Source: an uncultured bacterium
GTDB lineage: Bacteria > Bacillota > Clostridia > Lachnospirales > Lachnospiraceae
DNA length: 64,000 nucleotides
Direction of reading: 5' to 3'
Assembly: GCA_905216215.1 (NCBI GenBank)
Contig: CAJMSZ010000002.1
Coordinates: 1,782 to 65,781 of the forward strand
Position 1 is the stretch's first letter. Every line of letters starts with the position of its first letter. Positions 10,126-20,129 of this stretch are shown here, piece by piece. The position numbers and the translations under genes are program-made. The notes beneath the pieces were generated by a model. The model was not told the DNA's origin. It was given only the letters and a program-made list of their open reading frames with translations, and made no database searches.

Positions 10126-12189
10126 TTATTTTTTTACATATCCACATGTTTCTTTGCTGCAAACCAGTTTATTTCCTTTTTCTACCATATAGCTTCCGCA
10201 TTTTGGACATTTCTCTGTACTTGGTTTCTGCCATGACATGAAATCGCATTCTGGGTTATTCTCACAGCCATAGTATCTTCGTCCCTTTTTCGTCTTTCTG
10301 TACACGACTTCTTTTCCACATTTCGGACATGGAACTCCCACTTTTTCCAGATATGGCTTTGTATTCTTGCATTCTGGAAATCCCGGACATGCCAGGAATT
10401 TACCATGAGGACCATATTTGATAACCATATTACGTCCACACTCTTCGCAGACAACATCCGTTACTTCGTCTTCTATTTTTACAGCTTCCAGTTCCTTTTC
10501 TGCCTTTTCCACTGCTTCTTCCAAATCTGGATAGAAATTTCTGATAACTGTTTTCCAGTCTACCTTTCCTTCTGCCACACAGTCAAGTAGTCCTTCCATG
10601 TTTGCGGTAAAATTCACATCTACAATGCTCTCAAAGGACTGCTTCATCATATTATTGACTACTTCTCCTAATTCTGTAAGATACAGGTTCTTATTTTCCT
10701 TTGACACATAGCGTCTTGCGATAATAGTAGAAATGGTTGGTGCATAGGTACTTGGACGTCCAATTCCAAGTTCTTCCAGCGTCTTAACCAAAGCAGCTTC
10801 CGTATAATGTGCTGGTGGTTTTGTAAAATGCTGCTGATAATCAAAGGATTCTTTTTCCAGAACAGAAGCGGTATCCAGACTTTTCACCAGTACATTTGCC
10901 TTTTCCTTTTCTTCATCCGCATCCACATATACCTGGCGGAAGCCTTCAAATATAACCTTGGAAGCAGCTACATGGAAACGATAATCCCCTGCTCCGATTT
11001 TAACGGAAGTAGTCTCGTATTTTGCAGCCTGCATTCTGCTGGCAACAAAACGCTTCCAGATAAGCTGATACAGGCGGAACTGATCCCGGCTCAGGGAATC
11101 TTTGATAGAAGACGGTGTTCTCGTTACATCAGACGGACGAATCGCTTCATGGGCATCCTGAATATTTTTTCCATCTGTTTTCGGCTTCGGCTGGCCTTCT
11201 CCTACATATTCCTCCCCGTAAGTCTTTCCGATATATTCTCTTACCGACTGATCTGCCTCATCGGAAATACGGGTAGAATCCGTACGAAGGTAGGTAATAA
11301 GACCAACGGTTCCATTTCCCTTAATGTCCACTCCTTCATAAAGCTGCTGGGCAATCCGCATGGTCTTGGAGGTAGCAAAATTGAGTGCCTTAGAAGCCTC
11401 CTGCTGCAGGGTACTGGTGGTAAACGGAAGAGGCGCTTTTCTCGTCCGTTGTCCACGTTTTACGTCTATTACCTCATAAGATGCACCATCTAAATTTTTC
11501 AAAATTTCCTGCATCTCATTTTCATTGTGAATCGTAATCTTCTCATCTTTTAATCCGTCAAATCTGGCTGTCAGAAGCTTTTTCTCGCCCTCTACCCGGA
11601 GATTCACGTCAAAAGACCAGTACTCCTCCGGAATGAATGCATTAATCTCTTCTTCTCTGTCTGCTATAATACGGAGTGCTACCGACTGAACTCGTCCTGC
11701 ACTTAAGCCTCTTTTCACTTTTTTCCAGAGCAATGGACTAATCTTATATCCCACAATACGATCCAGAATTCTTCTTGCCTGCTGTGCATTCACCAGGTTC
11801 ATGTCAATCTCTCTGGCATTTTTCAGAGATGCCTTCACCGCACTTTTTGTAATTTCATTAAAACTGATTCGATAAGCCTTCTTGTCCTCCAGCTTAAGTG
11901 CCTGCATCAAATGCCAGGAAATCGCTTCCCCCTCACGGTCAGGGTCAGTTGCCAGATAAACCTTGTCTGCTTTCTTTACTTCCTTACGCAGACTGGCAAG
12001 AAGTTCCCCCTTTCCTCGAATGGTAATATATTTCGGTTCATAATCATTTTCCGGATCGATCCCCAACTGACTTTTCGGTAAATCCCGCACATGTCCCTGA
12101 GATGCAATGACCGTATAATTGCTTCCAAGAAACTTCTTCACAGTCTTCACCTTCGTTGGTGATTCTACGATTACCAGATAGTGTGCCAT
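10126..12189 (-). CDS. topA: DNA topoisomerase I.
   Basis: 687 aa with a Toprim start (MAHYLVIVESPTKVKTVKKFLG), the topo IA core, and several C4 zinc ribbons at the C-terminus (CEECGRNMVIK..., CPKCGKEVV..., CPKCGSYMV...). Confidence 0.95.
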   Translation of the reverse strand: MAHYLVIVESPTKVKTVKKFLGSNYTVIASQGHVRDLPKSQLGIDPENDYEPKYITIRGKGELLASLRKEVKKADKVYLATDPDREGEAISWHLMQALKLEDKKAYRISFNEITKSAVKASLKNAREIDMNLVNAQQARRILDRIVGYKISPLLWKKVKRGLSAGRVQSVALRIIADREEEINAFIPEEYWSFDVNLRVEGEKKLLTARFDGLKDEKITIHNENEMQEILKNLDGASYEVIDVKRGQRTRKAPLPFTTSTLQQEASKALNFATSKTMRIAQQLYEGVDIKGNGTVGLITYLRTDSTRISDEADQSVREYIGKTYGEEYVGEGQPKPKTDGKNIQDAHEAIRPSDVTRTPSSIKDSLSRDQFRLYQLIWKRFVASRMQAAKYETTSVKIGAGDYRFHVAASKVIFEGFRQVYVDADEEKEKANVLVKSLDTASVLEKESFDYQQHFTKPPAHYTEAALVKTLEELGIGRPSTYAPTISTIIARRYVSKENKNLYLTELGEVVNNMMKQSFESIVDVNFTANMEGLLDCVAEGKVDWKTVIRNFYPDLEEAVEKAEKELEAVKIEDEVTDVVCEECGRNMVIKYGPHGKFLACPGFPECKNTKPYLEKVGVPCPKCGKEVVYRKTKKGRRYYGCENNPECDFMSWQKPSTEKCPKCGSYMVEKGNKLVCSKETCGYVKK

Positions 12190-12456
12190 GTTCCTTCCTC
12201 CATCAAATATTCTCTATTTTTATATAAATCCTTTTTCTTCTCTTCACACAGGTCGCTTCTTTTTTGAACAGAACGACTAAACTATACAATATATTTTTGT
12301 TTCTTTCAAGCACTTTTTTATTTTGTCTATCTTTTTTCGTATTTTTTATTTTCAGGTTCAAAATGCGTACACAATTCAAAAAATAAGGGAAATCCAAATC
12401 TTAAATGCCTTATCTCATACTCAATATATGGGTTTTTTCCCGACTCATACATCTAA

Positions 12457-13602
12457 TTATCTATTTCGTACAAAATAATCTTTCGATACTTCCTTTACAA
12501 TTCCACGTAGTACCAGCGAAACCAGGATTCCGGCCAGTTCCTGTGGAAGGAACCCCGTTTTCTGTAGCAATTCTTCTCTGCTTTTCGGAGTATAATCCAA
12601 ATAATGATATAAAATCTTTTCTCTTTCCTTTAGCAGGCAGCAATTGTTCTTTTCTTCCTGTAATACGATTTGCTTTTGAGCTGCATATAAATGTAATTCT
12701 TCCAGCAAATCTTCCTCATCTATCAAAATCCCGGCTCCTTGTCGTATCAATTGGTGACAGCCTCTGCTTAAACAACTGTCGATATTTCCGGGGAGTGCAT
12801 AGACATCCTTTCCTTGCTCCAATGCCATATCAGCAGTAATCAGCGAACCGCTCTTCTCTTTCGCCTCCATTACCAGAACCACATCCGCGAGACCGCTTAA
12901 AATCCGGTTACGTGCAGGAAAGTTCGAAGCATATGGTACGGTTCCAGGTGAATATTCGCTGAGTAGTCCTCCTCTCATCTGCAAATCTCTGTAAAGTCCA
13001 AGATGTTCTCTAGGATAACAGACATCCACCCCACAGCCGAGCACTGCGAAGGTGTCTCCATTCACATTTAACGCGCCTCGATGAGCCGCACCATCCACCC
13101 CTCTTGCCATCCCACTAATAATCTGAACGCCACATTCCGCCAGTTTTTCTGCAAAACGAAGGGTCATCACTTCACCATAATGACTACAATTTCTTGCGCC
13201 CACAATAGCAACAGACAGCACTTCTTCTTTGGGCAATTTTCCTTTTACCATAAGTCCGAAAGGCATCCCCTTTCGCTCCTTAAGTCTTTTCGGATATTCC
13301 TGCTCAAAGATAGTCACAATACGGATTCCCTGTTCGACCAGTCTTTCATATTCTTCTTTCCAGTTTTTTGTTTTCCGACTCTCTTTGATATTTTTTATCT
13401 CATCTTCCGTCAGCCATTTTTCGGTATTTATTTTCTTCAGAATTTCTTCTATATAAAAGAAATCTTTCCCTGTCAGTCCCCGTTCTCCCAGAAAAATCCT
13501 TTTTCGATTGGGCACCTCACGAAGGCAGAACCACCAATAATCGTACCATTTTTCTTTCATTTCGTTTACCATCCTGTTACGCACCCCAATACTTTTCATC
13601 AA
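12457..13602 (-). CDS. dprA: DNA processing protein DprA (Smf).
   Basis: The Rossmann-like DprA core is present (VVSGLARGVDGAAHRGALNVNGDTFAVLGCGVDVCYPREH, SEYSPGTVPYASNFPARNRILSGLADVVLVMEAKEKSGSLITA). The start is likely an internal Met near 13572, which would avoid overlap with comM. Confidence 0.88.
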   Translation of the reverse strand: MMKSIGVRNRMVNEMKEKWYDYWWFCLREVPNRKRIFLGERGLTGKDFFYIEEILKKINTEKWLTEDEIKNIKESRKTKNWKEEYERLVEQGIRIVTIFEQEYPKRLKERKGMPFGLMVKGKLPKEEVLSVAIVGARNCSHYGEVMTLRFAEKLAECGVQIISGMARGVDGAAHRGALNVNGDTFAVLGCGVDVCYPREHLGLYRDLQMRGGLLSEYSPGTVPYASNFPARNRILSGLADVVLVMEAKEKSGSLITADMALEQGKDVYALPGNIDSCLSRGCHQLIRQGAGILIDEEDLLEELHLYAAQKQIVLQEEKNNCCLLKEREKILYHYLDYTPKSREELLQKTGFLPQELAGILVSLVLRGIVKEVSKDYFVRNR

Positions 13603-15127
13603 TCATGCGGTATCCGATTGCCTCTCCAATATGTGCCTCATTAATTTTCTCCGCCCCGTCCAAATCCGCTATGGTTCTTGCCACCTTTAAAATCTTGTGA
13701 TAACTTCTGGCTGTTAAATGCATAGTCTCATATGCCCGATGCATCATGCGCTCTCCGGTTACGTTCAGTTCACAATATTTCTTCAAATCCTCCTGCTTCA
13801 TCTGCGCATTTGTCTTTCTATCCAGTCCGCAGAATCTTTCCTGCTGCCGTCTTCTTGCCATGGTTACCAGTTTCCGCATTTGTTCCGATGTTGTCCCCAT
13901 CTTTTGTCTGGTCAAATCTTCATATTTAACCTTGGGTGCCTCCACACAAAGATCCATTCTGTCTAAAAGGGGACGGCTGATTTTCCCTATATATCCCCGA
14001 ATCTGGGCAGGACTACACTGACACTCTCGCCCTGGATAATTTCCGCATGCACAAGGATTTGTAGCCCCGATCAGCATAAAATCTGCCGGAAATACATATG
14101 CTCCATGTCCTCTCACAATACGCACACACTTTTCTTCCAGGGGCTGTCTTAATCCCTCTAATACAGACTTTCGAAATTCTGCAAGTTCATCCAGGAACAG
14201 TACCCCTCCATGCGCCAGTGTGATTTCACCTGGTCTTGGATAGCTGCCTCCGCCAAGAAGGGCTGCTCTGGTAATGGTATGGTGTATCTCCCGAAAAGGT
14301 CTTTTGGTGATCAACGGATTGTCTTTTTTCAATTGTCCCACTGCACTATATATTTTGGTAAGCTCCATGCTCTCTTCCCATGTAAGTTCCGGTAAAATCG
14401 TAGGAATCCGTTTTGCCATCATGGTTTTTCCTGCCCCCGGCGGGCCAATATATAACAGATTATGATTCCCTGCAACTGCCACCAAAGTTGCTCTTTTTAC
14501 ACTTTCCTGTCCCTGAATTTCTCCATAATCCACATCCATTTCTGCAAAGTCTGTTTCTATCGTTCCCTCATCAGAAATCATTCTTTCTTTTCCTTTGACC
14601 CATTCACATACCTGGGTCAAATGTGTCAGTCCCACAGTCTGAATCTCATGGTTTAATTTTCCCTCTCTCTCATTTTCCCTGGGTAATACAACATATTTCA
14701 AACCTTGTTTTTTTGCCGCATAGGTCACGGACAGAATTCCGTCTACCGGTCTGATTCCTCCATTTAGTCCCAGTTCTCCGATAAAAAGAGTTTCTTTCAA
14801 TCGTTCCACAGGTATCACCCCAAGAGCTGCAAGAATTGCAATTGCAATGGGAAGGTCAAATGCGGTTCCTCTCTTCCGCACATTAGCCGGGGACAGGTTG
14901 ACCACAATCCGCTTTGGCGGAATCATGTACCCTGCATTTCGAATGGCTGTCCGCACCCGTTCCGAGGCTTCTTTTACCTCTGACGAGAGATAGCCCACCA
15001 TCAAAAACACTGGCAAACCATTGCTCACATCGGCCTCTACGCGCACCATTTCCGTCTGAAGGCCCTGGGAAGCCACCGTTTTTACAGTAAAATAACTCAT
15101 AATCTTTCTCCTTTGACTTTTCCGCAA
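13577..15127 (-). CDS. comM: Mg-chelatase-like ATPase ComM/YifB.
   Basis: The N-terminal ChlI-like domain starts MSYFTVKTVASQGLQTEMVRVEADVSNGLPVFLMVGY. The AAA+ motifs GPPGAGKTM and VLFLDELAEF are present. The likely start is the MSYF Met at about 15100. Confidence 0.9.
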   Translation of the reverse strand: MRKSQRRKIMSYFTVKTVASQGLQTEMVRVEADVSNGLPVFLMVGYLSSEVKEASERVRTAIRNAGYMIPPKRIVVNLSPANVRKRGTAFDLPIAIAILAALGVIPVERLKETLFIGELGLNGGIRPVDGILSVTYAAKKQGLKYVVLPRENEREGKLNHEIQTVGLTHLTQVCEWVKGKERMISDEGTIETDFAEMDVDYGEIQGQESVKRATLVAVAGNHNLLYIGPPGAGKTMMAKRIPTILPELTWEESMELTKIYSAVGQLKKDNPLITKRPFREIHHTITRAALLGGGSYPRPGEITLAHGGVLFLDELAEFRKSVLEGLRQPLEEKCVRIVRGHGAYVFPADFMLIGATNPCACGNYPGRECQCSPAQIRGYIGKISRPLLDRMDLCVEAPKVKYEDLTRQKMGTTSEQMRKLVTMARRRQQERFCGLDRKTNAQMKQEDLKKYCELNVTGERMMHRAYETMHLTARSYHKILKVARTIADLDGAEKINEAHIGEAIGYRMIDEKYWGA

Positions 15128-15367
15128 AAGTTCAGATTATACTCCATGCAATATAATATCATTTTCAATTTTTCGTGATAAATTTGATGATTTATCTGTT
15201 CGATTAGCTAAAAGAAAACCGAATCTTTTAGAACATTAGAAGATATTCTTTATCATAGACGTACAGACTTCATTTGTCAATGACTCTTTCATTTGTAAAT
15301 ACATCTTTCATGTGGAAAAGCACAATTTTTTCTTTTCCCACATACAGTATATTAATTTCATTCTGAG

Positions 15368-16000
15368 GTGTTTCCCTTGAAATCATTTCCTCCGCCTCTT
15401 ACTGCGGAAGAAGAACGTTATTATATGCAGCAATATACTCTTGGGAGTCTGGAGGCCAGAAACATTCTGATTGAACGAAACCTCCGTCTTGTTACCCATA
15501 TTATAAAAAAATATCAACATTTAGAAGAAGAACCGGAGGATTTAATCTCCATCGGAACCATCGGATTAATCAAAGCCATTACAACCTTTAATTCCGGAAA
15601 AAACACTCGTCTTGCCACATATGCCTGCCGCTGTATTGAAAACGAAATTCTCATGATGCTCCGCACAAAGAAGAAGACCAACAGAGAAACCTCCCTTTAT
15701 GAACCCATCGGTACGGATCGGGAGGGAAATGAGATTCAGCTCTATGATATTATAGAATCTGAAGCAGAAGATGCTTTTACCACGCTTCAGCGCAAAGAAA
15801 ACAATAATCGGTTATATCTCACCATGAAGCAGGTCCTTTCCCCCAGAGAACAACAAGTATTAAAAATGAGATATGGACTCTGCGGTCAGCAATCTTATAC
15901 GCAGAAAGAAATCGCCCAAAAGCTGGGAATTTCCCGTTCTTATGTTTCCCGCATTGAAAAAAAGGCCATCGAAAAACTCCGGCCTTTTCTTCTCATGTAA
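15368..16000 (+). CDS. sigK: Sporulation sigma factor, SigK-like, without a pro-sequence.
   Basis: Strong identity to B. subtilis SigK in region 2 (IERNLRLVTHIIKKY, EDLISIGTIGLIKAITTFNSGKNTRLATYACRCIENEILMMLR) and region 4 (QKEIAQKLGISRSYVSRIEKKAIEKL). An in-frame TAA at 15353 limits any N-terminal extension to five residues or fewer before FPPPLT. The likely start is GTG at 15368 or TTG at 15377. Confidence 0.75.
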   Translation: MFPLKSFPPPLTAEEERYYMQQYTLGSLEARNILIERNLRLVTHIIKKYQHLEEEPEDLISIGTIGLIKAITTFNSGKNTRLATYACRCIENEILMMLRTKKKTNRETSLYEPIGTDREGNEIQLYDIIESEAEDAFTTLQRKENNNRLYLTMKQVLSPREQQVLKMRYGLCGQQSYTQKEIAQKLGISRSYVSRIEKKAIEKLRPFLLM

Positions 16001-16066
16001 ATCAAGCATACTGACTTCTGCGGATATTCACTTTGTAAAAAGGAGGACTTTCGTCCTCCTTACAAA

Positions 16067-17302
16067 CTACACCATCTCTGATTCTTTCCGGCGCAAAATA
16101 TCATATTTTTCAGCTGCCTGTGATAATTTTACATTAAGCTCCTGCTTTGGATGTGGTGCACTCTCCTGCTCCTCCCCCTCTGCATTCACAATCTTTTCTA
16201 CTGTAACAAGCACATTCTCTCCGTTCGGCTTCATAATTTCAATTTCTTCTCCAACAGAGAACTTGTTACGCTGTTCAATCCGCATCATACCATCTTTACA
16301 TTCTTCCACAATTCCAAGATAAGTGTACTCTTTAATATAAGTATTACTGTCATAAATCTGTGCTTCCTCACTCGGTTTTCCGAAGAAGAAGCCCGTAGTG
16401 AACTGACGGTAAGTGCAGTTGGATATTTGTTCCAAATACCATGGCATATTTTTCTTATAAAGCTCCGGGTCCTCCAGATAATCATCTATCGCCTTCCGAT
16501 AGGTTCTGGCAACCGTTGCTACATAAAGAGCCGTCTTCATTCTGCCCTCCACCTTCAGACTGTCAATACCGGCATCTATAATTTCCGGGATATGCTCAAT
16601 CATGCATAAGTCTTTTGAATTGAAGATGTAAGTGCCGCGTTCATTTTCGTATACGGGCATATATTCTCCCGGTCTTGTCTCTTCCACCACCGCATATTTC
16701 CATCTGCACGGATGGGTGCATGCTCCATGATTGGCGTCACGGCCCGTAAAATAGTTACTGAGCAGGCATCTTCCCGAATAGGAAATACACATAGCCCCAT
16801 GAACAAAAGTTTCTATTTCCAGATTATCCGGTATATGTGCACGGATTTCCTTGATTTCACGTAAGGAAAGTTCTCTGGCAGACACTACTCTGCTTGCTCC
16901 CTGGCGATGCCAGAACAGATAGGTCGCATAATTGGTATTATTTGCCTGGGTACTGATATGACGTTCAATTTCTGGGCACACCTCTTTCGCAATCTCAAAC
17001 ACACCAGGGTCTGCTATTATCAGTGCATCCGGTTTGATTTCTTTTAATTCTTCAAAATATTTCCGCACGCCCTCCAAATCGTAATTATGTGCAAGAATAT
17101 TTGCCGTCACATATACTTTCACATTGTGTTCATGTGCAAACGCGATTCCCTCTTTCATATCTTCCATAGAGAAATTCTTTGCCTTTGCCCGAAGTCCGAA
17201 GGCTTCACCGCCAATATAGACCGCATCTGCCCCAAATACCACTGCAGTTTTTAACACTTCCAGACTGCTTGCCGGAATCAGTAATTCAGGATGTCTCGCC
17301 AT
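16067..17302 (-). CDS. Peptidase U32 family protein (TrhP/YrrO-like).
   Basis: 411 aa with the U32 core (GADAVYIGG, HNVKVYVTANILAHN, EVCPEIERHISTQANNTN). It pairs with the downstream YrrM-type methyltransferase, as in B. subtilis yrrMNO. Confidence 0.85.
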   Translation of the reverse strand: MARHPELLIPASSLEVLKTAVVFGADAVYIGGEAFGLRAKAKNFSMEDMKEGIAFAHEHNVKVYVTANILAHNYDLEGVRKYFEELKEIKPDALIIADPGVFEIAKEVCPEIERHISTQANNTNYATYLFWHRQGASRVVSARELSLREIKEIRAHIPDNLEIETFVHGAMCISYSGRCLLSNYFTGRDANHGACTHPCRWKYAVVEETRPGEYMPVYENERGTYIFNSKDLCMIEHIPEIIDAGIDSLKVEGRMKTALYVATVARTYRKAIDDYLEDPELYKKNMPWYLEQISNCTYRQFTTGFFFGKPSEEAQIYDSNTYIKEYTYLGIVEECKDGMMRIEQRNKFSVGEEIEIMKPNGENVLVTVEKIVNAEGEEQESAPHPKQELNVKLSQAAEKYDILRRKESEMV

Positions 17303-17334
17303 TGTTCTCCCTTTCTTCTATCTTATCACTACTT

Positions 17335-18021
17335 TTATAACTGTTCTTTCTTAATACTGAGTGCCACACCATCCCCCAATGGTAAAATGGATGTTTCTAA
17401 TTCTTCATGGTGCTTCAATGTATACAAATACTCCCGCATTCTGCTGTGAATCGTTCTGTCCCGACGTTCCACCACAAAGCGGGACTCTATGATTTCTCCA
17501 TTTTGCAGAACATTATCCGAAACCAGTATTCCTTCAGGCGAAAGAATCCGCAACACTTCGGGCAGATACGCAATATACTGACCTTTGGCCGCATCCATGA
17601 ATACAAAATCGTATGAACCCTCCAGACCTTTCAGTGCTTCCATAGCATCGCCTTCAATTAATGTAATCTGTGCTTCTTTTCCTGCCCGTTTAAAATTATC
17701 TCGTGCTACCGGAATCCTCTTTTCATAATTTTCAATGGTTGTTATCTTACAATTTTCCGCTACATATTCACTCATCAAAATGGCAGAAAACCCAACTGCA
17801 GTTCCTACTTCCAATATATGCAGTGGCTTTTTAATCCGCAGAAGCACCTTAAGAAAGCTCTGCATTTCTTTCCGGATAATCGGTACTCCATCATTCAGAG
17901 CTTCCCGTTCAATCTGCTCTAATATTTCACTATTCTCCGTTTCAAGCGAATGCAAGTAATCCACCAGACGTTCTTCCACTATCACGATAAACTCTCCTGT
18001 TCTCGAAAATAGATTGCGCAC
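17335..18021 (-). CDS. Class I SAM-dependent O-methyltransferase (YrrM/TrmR-like).
   Basis: Caffeoyl-CoA O-MT-like fold (ILEVGTAVGFSAILMSE, FVFMDAAKGQYIAYLPEVLRILSPEGILVSDNVL). Confidence 0.8.
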   Translation of the reverse strand: MRNLFSRTGEFIVIVEERLVDYLHSLETENSEILEQIEREALNDGVPIIRKEMQSFLKVLLRIKKPLHILEVGTAVGFSAILMSEYVAENCKITTIENYEKRIPVARDNFKRAGKEAQITLIEGDAMEALKGLEGSYDFVFMDAAKGQYIAYLPEVLRILSPEGILVSDNVLQNGEIIESRFVVERRDRTIHSRMREYLYTLKHHEELETSILPLGDGVALSIKKEQL

Positions 18022-18041
18022 AGGCGCAATCTATCTTGCAT

Positions 18042-19712
18042 TTATACATCCATAATGATTGGCAAAATCATTGGTTTTCTCTTTGTTCTCTTCCAGATGA
18101 AATCATTCATGGTATCTTTGATGACCTGTTTAATCCTGCTCCAGTCAACATATCTGCCTGACAGACATTTTTCAACTGCTTCCTGCAGTACCTGTCTTGC
18201 TTCTTCCATCAGGAGCTCGGATTCACGCACATACACGAACCCTCTGGATACAATATCCGGTCCGGCAAGTAACTGATTGCTTCCCTTTTCCAGTGTTAAT
18301 ACGACAATCAATATTCCATCCTCAGCCAGATGCTGTCTGTCACGGAGTACAATATTTCCTACATCACCGACACCCAGACCATCAACCAGAATCTCACCTG
18401 TCTGCACCGTTTCCACAACATCTGCACTTTCATCATCTAATTCCAACACATCCCCTGAATTCATCATAAAGATGTGGTCATTCGGAATACCAAGCTGTCT
18501 TGCAATCTCAGCATTAGCCTTTCTGTGCCGGAACTCACCATGAACCGGAATGGCATATTTCGGTTTAATCAAAGAATAGATCAGTTTCAATTCTTCCTGA
18601 CATGCATGCCCGGAAACATGAGCATCCTGGAAAATTACTTCTGCTCCCTTTTCAAACAGCTCGTTAATTACATGGGAAACAGATTTTTCATTTCCCGGAA
18701 TCGGACTAGAGCTGAAAATAATCGTATCTGTAGGCTGAATAGAGATTTTACGGTGCACTCCCGCAGACATTCTAGAAAGTGCCGCCATAGATTCTCCCTG
18801 ACTTCCTGTGGTAATAATAGTTGTATTTTCCGGTGCATAATTCTTAAGCTGGTCAACATCAATCAAAGTATTCTCAGGCACCTGTAAATACCCAAGTTCA
18901 GAAGCAACCGAAATAATATTTACCATGCTTCGTCCCTCGACTACAACCTTTCGTCCATATTTATAAGAGGTATTGATAATCTGCTGTACACGGTCTACGT
19001 TCGACGCAAAAGTTGCTACAATGATTCGTCTGTGATGATGTTCTGCAAACAAGCGGTCAAATGTCTTTCCAACTGTCTTCTCTGACTGTGTAAATCCGGC
19101 TCTTACTGCATTGGTACTGTCGGACATCAGCGCGAGAACACCTTTCTTTCCAATCTCTGCAAACCGTTGCAAATCAATGGCATCACCAAATACCGGAGTA
19201 TAGTCTACTTTAAAGTCTCCTGTGTGCACCACGATTCCTGCCGGTGAATAAATGGCCAACGCTGAAGCATCCTGAATGCTATGGTTTGTCTTAATAAATT
19301 CAATACGGAATTTGCCAAGATTAATAGACTGTCCGTGACGAACCACCTTTCGTTTGGTAGATCGAAGCAGATTATGTTCTGCAAGCTTCTTATCAATGAT
19401 TCCCATTGTCAGTTTCGTCGTGTAAATTGGCAGATTCATTTCTTTCAGAATATATGGCAATGCTCCAATATGGTCCTCATGCCCATGGGTGATCACAAAA
19501 CCTTTTACTTTCTCGATGTGATTCTTCAAATATGTCACATCCGGAATTACAAGGTCTACTCCGGGCATATCATCATCCGGAAACGCCAGGCCGCAATCCA
19601 CGACAATAATACTGTCTTCGTATTCAAAGGCAGTAATGTTCATTCCGATTTTTTCCAGACCTCCAAGCGGAATGATTCTCAATTTTGAATTGTTTTTTTG
19701 TTTCAAATTCAC
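18042..19712 (-). CDS. rnj: Ribonuclease J.
   Basis: 556 aa with metallo-beta-lactamase and beta-CASP domains (LRIIPLGGLEKIGMNITAFEY..., HGHEDHIGALPY, GDFKVDYTPV) and an RNase J C-terminal domain. Confidence 0.92.
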   Translation of the reverse strand: MNLKQKNNSKLRIIPLGGLEKIGMNITAFEYEDSIIVVDCGLAFPDDDMPGVDLVIPDVTYLKNHIEKVKGFVITHGHEDHIGALPYILKEMNLPIYTTKLTMGIIDKKLAEHNLLRSTKRKVVRHGQSINLGKFRIEFIKTNHSIQDASALAIYSPAGIVVHTGDFKVDYTPVFGDAIDLQRFAEIGKKGVLALMSDSTNAVRAGFTQSEKTVGKTFDRLFAEHHHRRIIVATFASNVDRVQQIINTSYKYGRKVVVEGRSMVNIISVASELGYLQVPENTLIDVDQLKNYAPENTTIITTGSQGESMAALSRMSAGVHRKISIQPTDTIIFSSSPIPGNEKSVSHVINELFEKGAEVIFQDAHVSGHACQEELKLIYSLIKPKYAIPVHGEFRHRKANAEIARQLGIPNDHIFMMNSGDVLELDDESADVVETVQTGEILVDGLGVGDVGNIVLRDRQHLAEDGILIVVLTLEKGSNQLLAGPDIVSRGFVYVRESELLMEEARQVLQEAVEKCLSGRYVDWSRIKQVIKDTMNDFIWKRTKRKPMILPIIMDV

Positions 19713-19810
19713 ACCTCCACTATTTTTTATATACTTCCGTACCTCTTTATCGTAAAATGTTTATCGTAAAATAAGGAGCCACAAAATCCGGCTCCAACAC
19801 CATTTTCCCA

Positions 19811-20092
19811 CTACATCTCAATATCTACATCTTCCAGCAATTCTTCAAACACCTTCAGAAGTGCCTGTAATTCTACTTCGTCTTCCACAATCTCGTAAAG
19901 ACTCTCCTTGTCTTCCTGCTTGCTTAAGTCCTTCATAATCAAACACTCGGCATCATCTTCTTCTGAGTCAGCAACCAGTAAATAAGAAACCCCATTTACC
20001 TTCGTCTGCTCCAGAATGTAAAACTCCACTTCTTCATCATCAAACGTAAAAACCAGTTTTTCCTCTTTCATCCTTCTCACCTGTCTGTCCAT
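19811..20092 (-). CDS. DUF1292 family protein (YrzB-like).
   Basis: 93 aa acidic protein, EEKLVFTFDDEEVEFYILEQTKVNGVSYLLVADSEEDD. It sits in the conserved cluster with ruvX and ireB. Confidence 0.8.
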   Translation of the reverse strand: MDRQVRRMKEEKLVFTFDDEEVEFYILEQTKVNGVSYLLVADSEEDDAECLIMKDLSKQEDKESLYEIVEDEVELQALLKVFEELLEDVDIEM

Positions 20093-20129
20093 TCTAAATT
20101 CAAGAATGCCTCTGTAATCCTGCCAGAGG

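Noticed and set aside
10807-11493. A 228-aa ORF antisense to topA. Similar long antisense ORFs occur at 35936..36685 (249 aa, in spoIVA), 39348..40025 (225 aa, in der), 30458..30997 (179 aa) and 48302..48847 (181 aa).
   Set aside because: All lie inside well-supported conserved genes on the opposite strand and have low-complexity hydrophobic composition. They are not credible coding sequences.
12190-12456. A 64-aa Lys-rich ORF (12203..12397, minus) in the AT-rich topA upstream region.
   Set aside because: Low-complexity composition in an AT-rich promoter region with no RBS. It is probably non-coding.
15128-15367. A sigma-E/sigma-K -35 element for the candidate CATACAGT -10 of sigK.
   Set aside because: No convincing -35 (ATATT-like or AC-containing) lies at the expected spacing. 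Only the -10 is noted, within the sigK finding.
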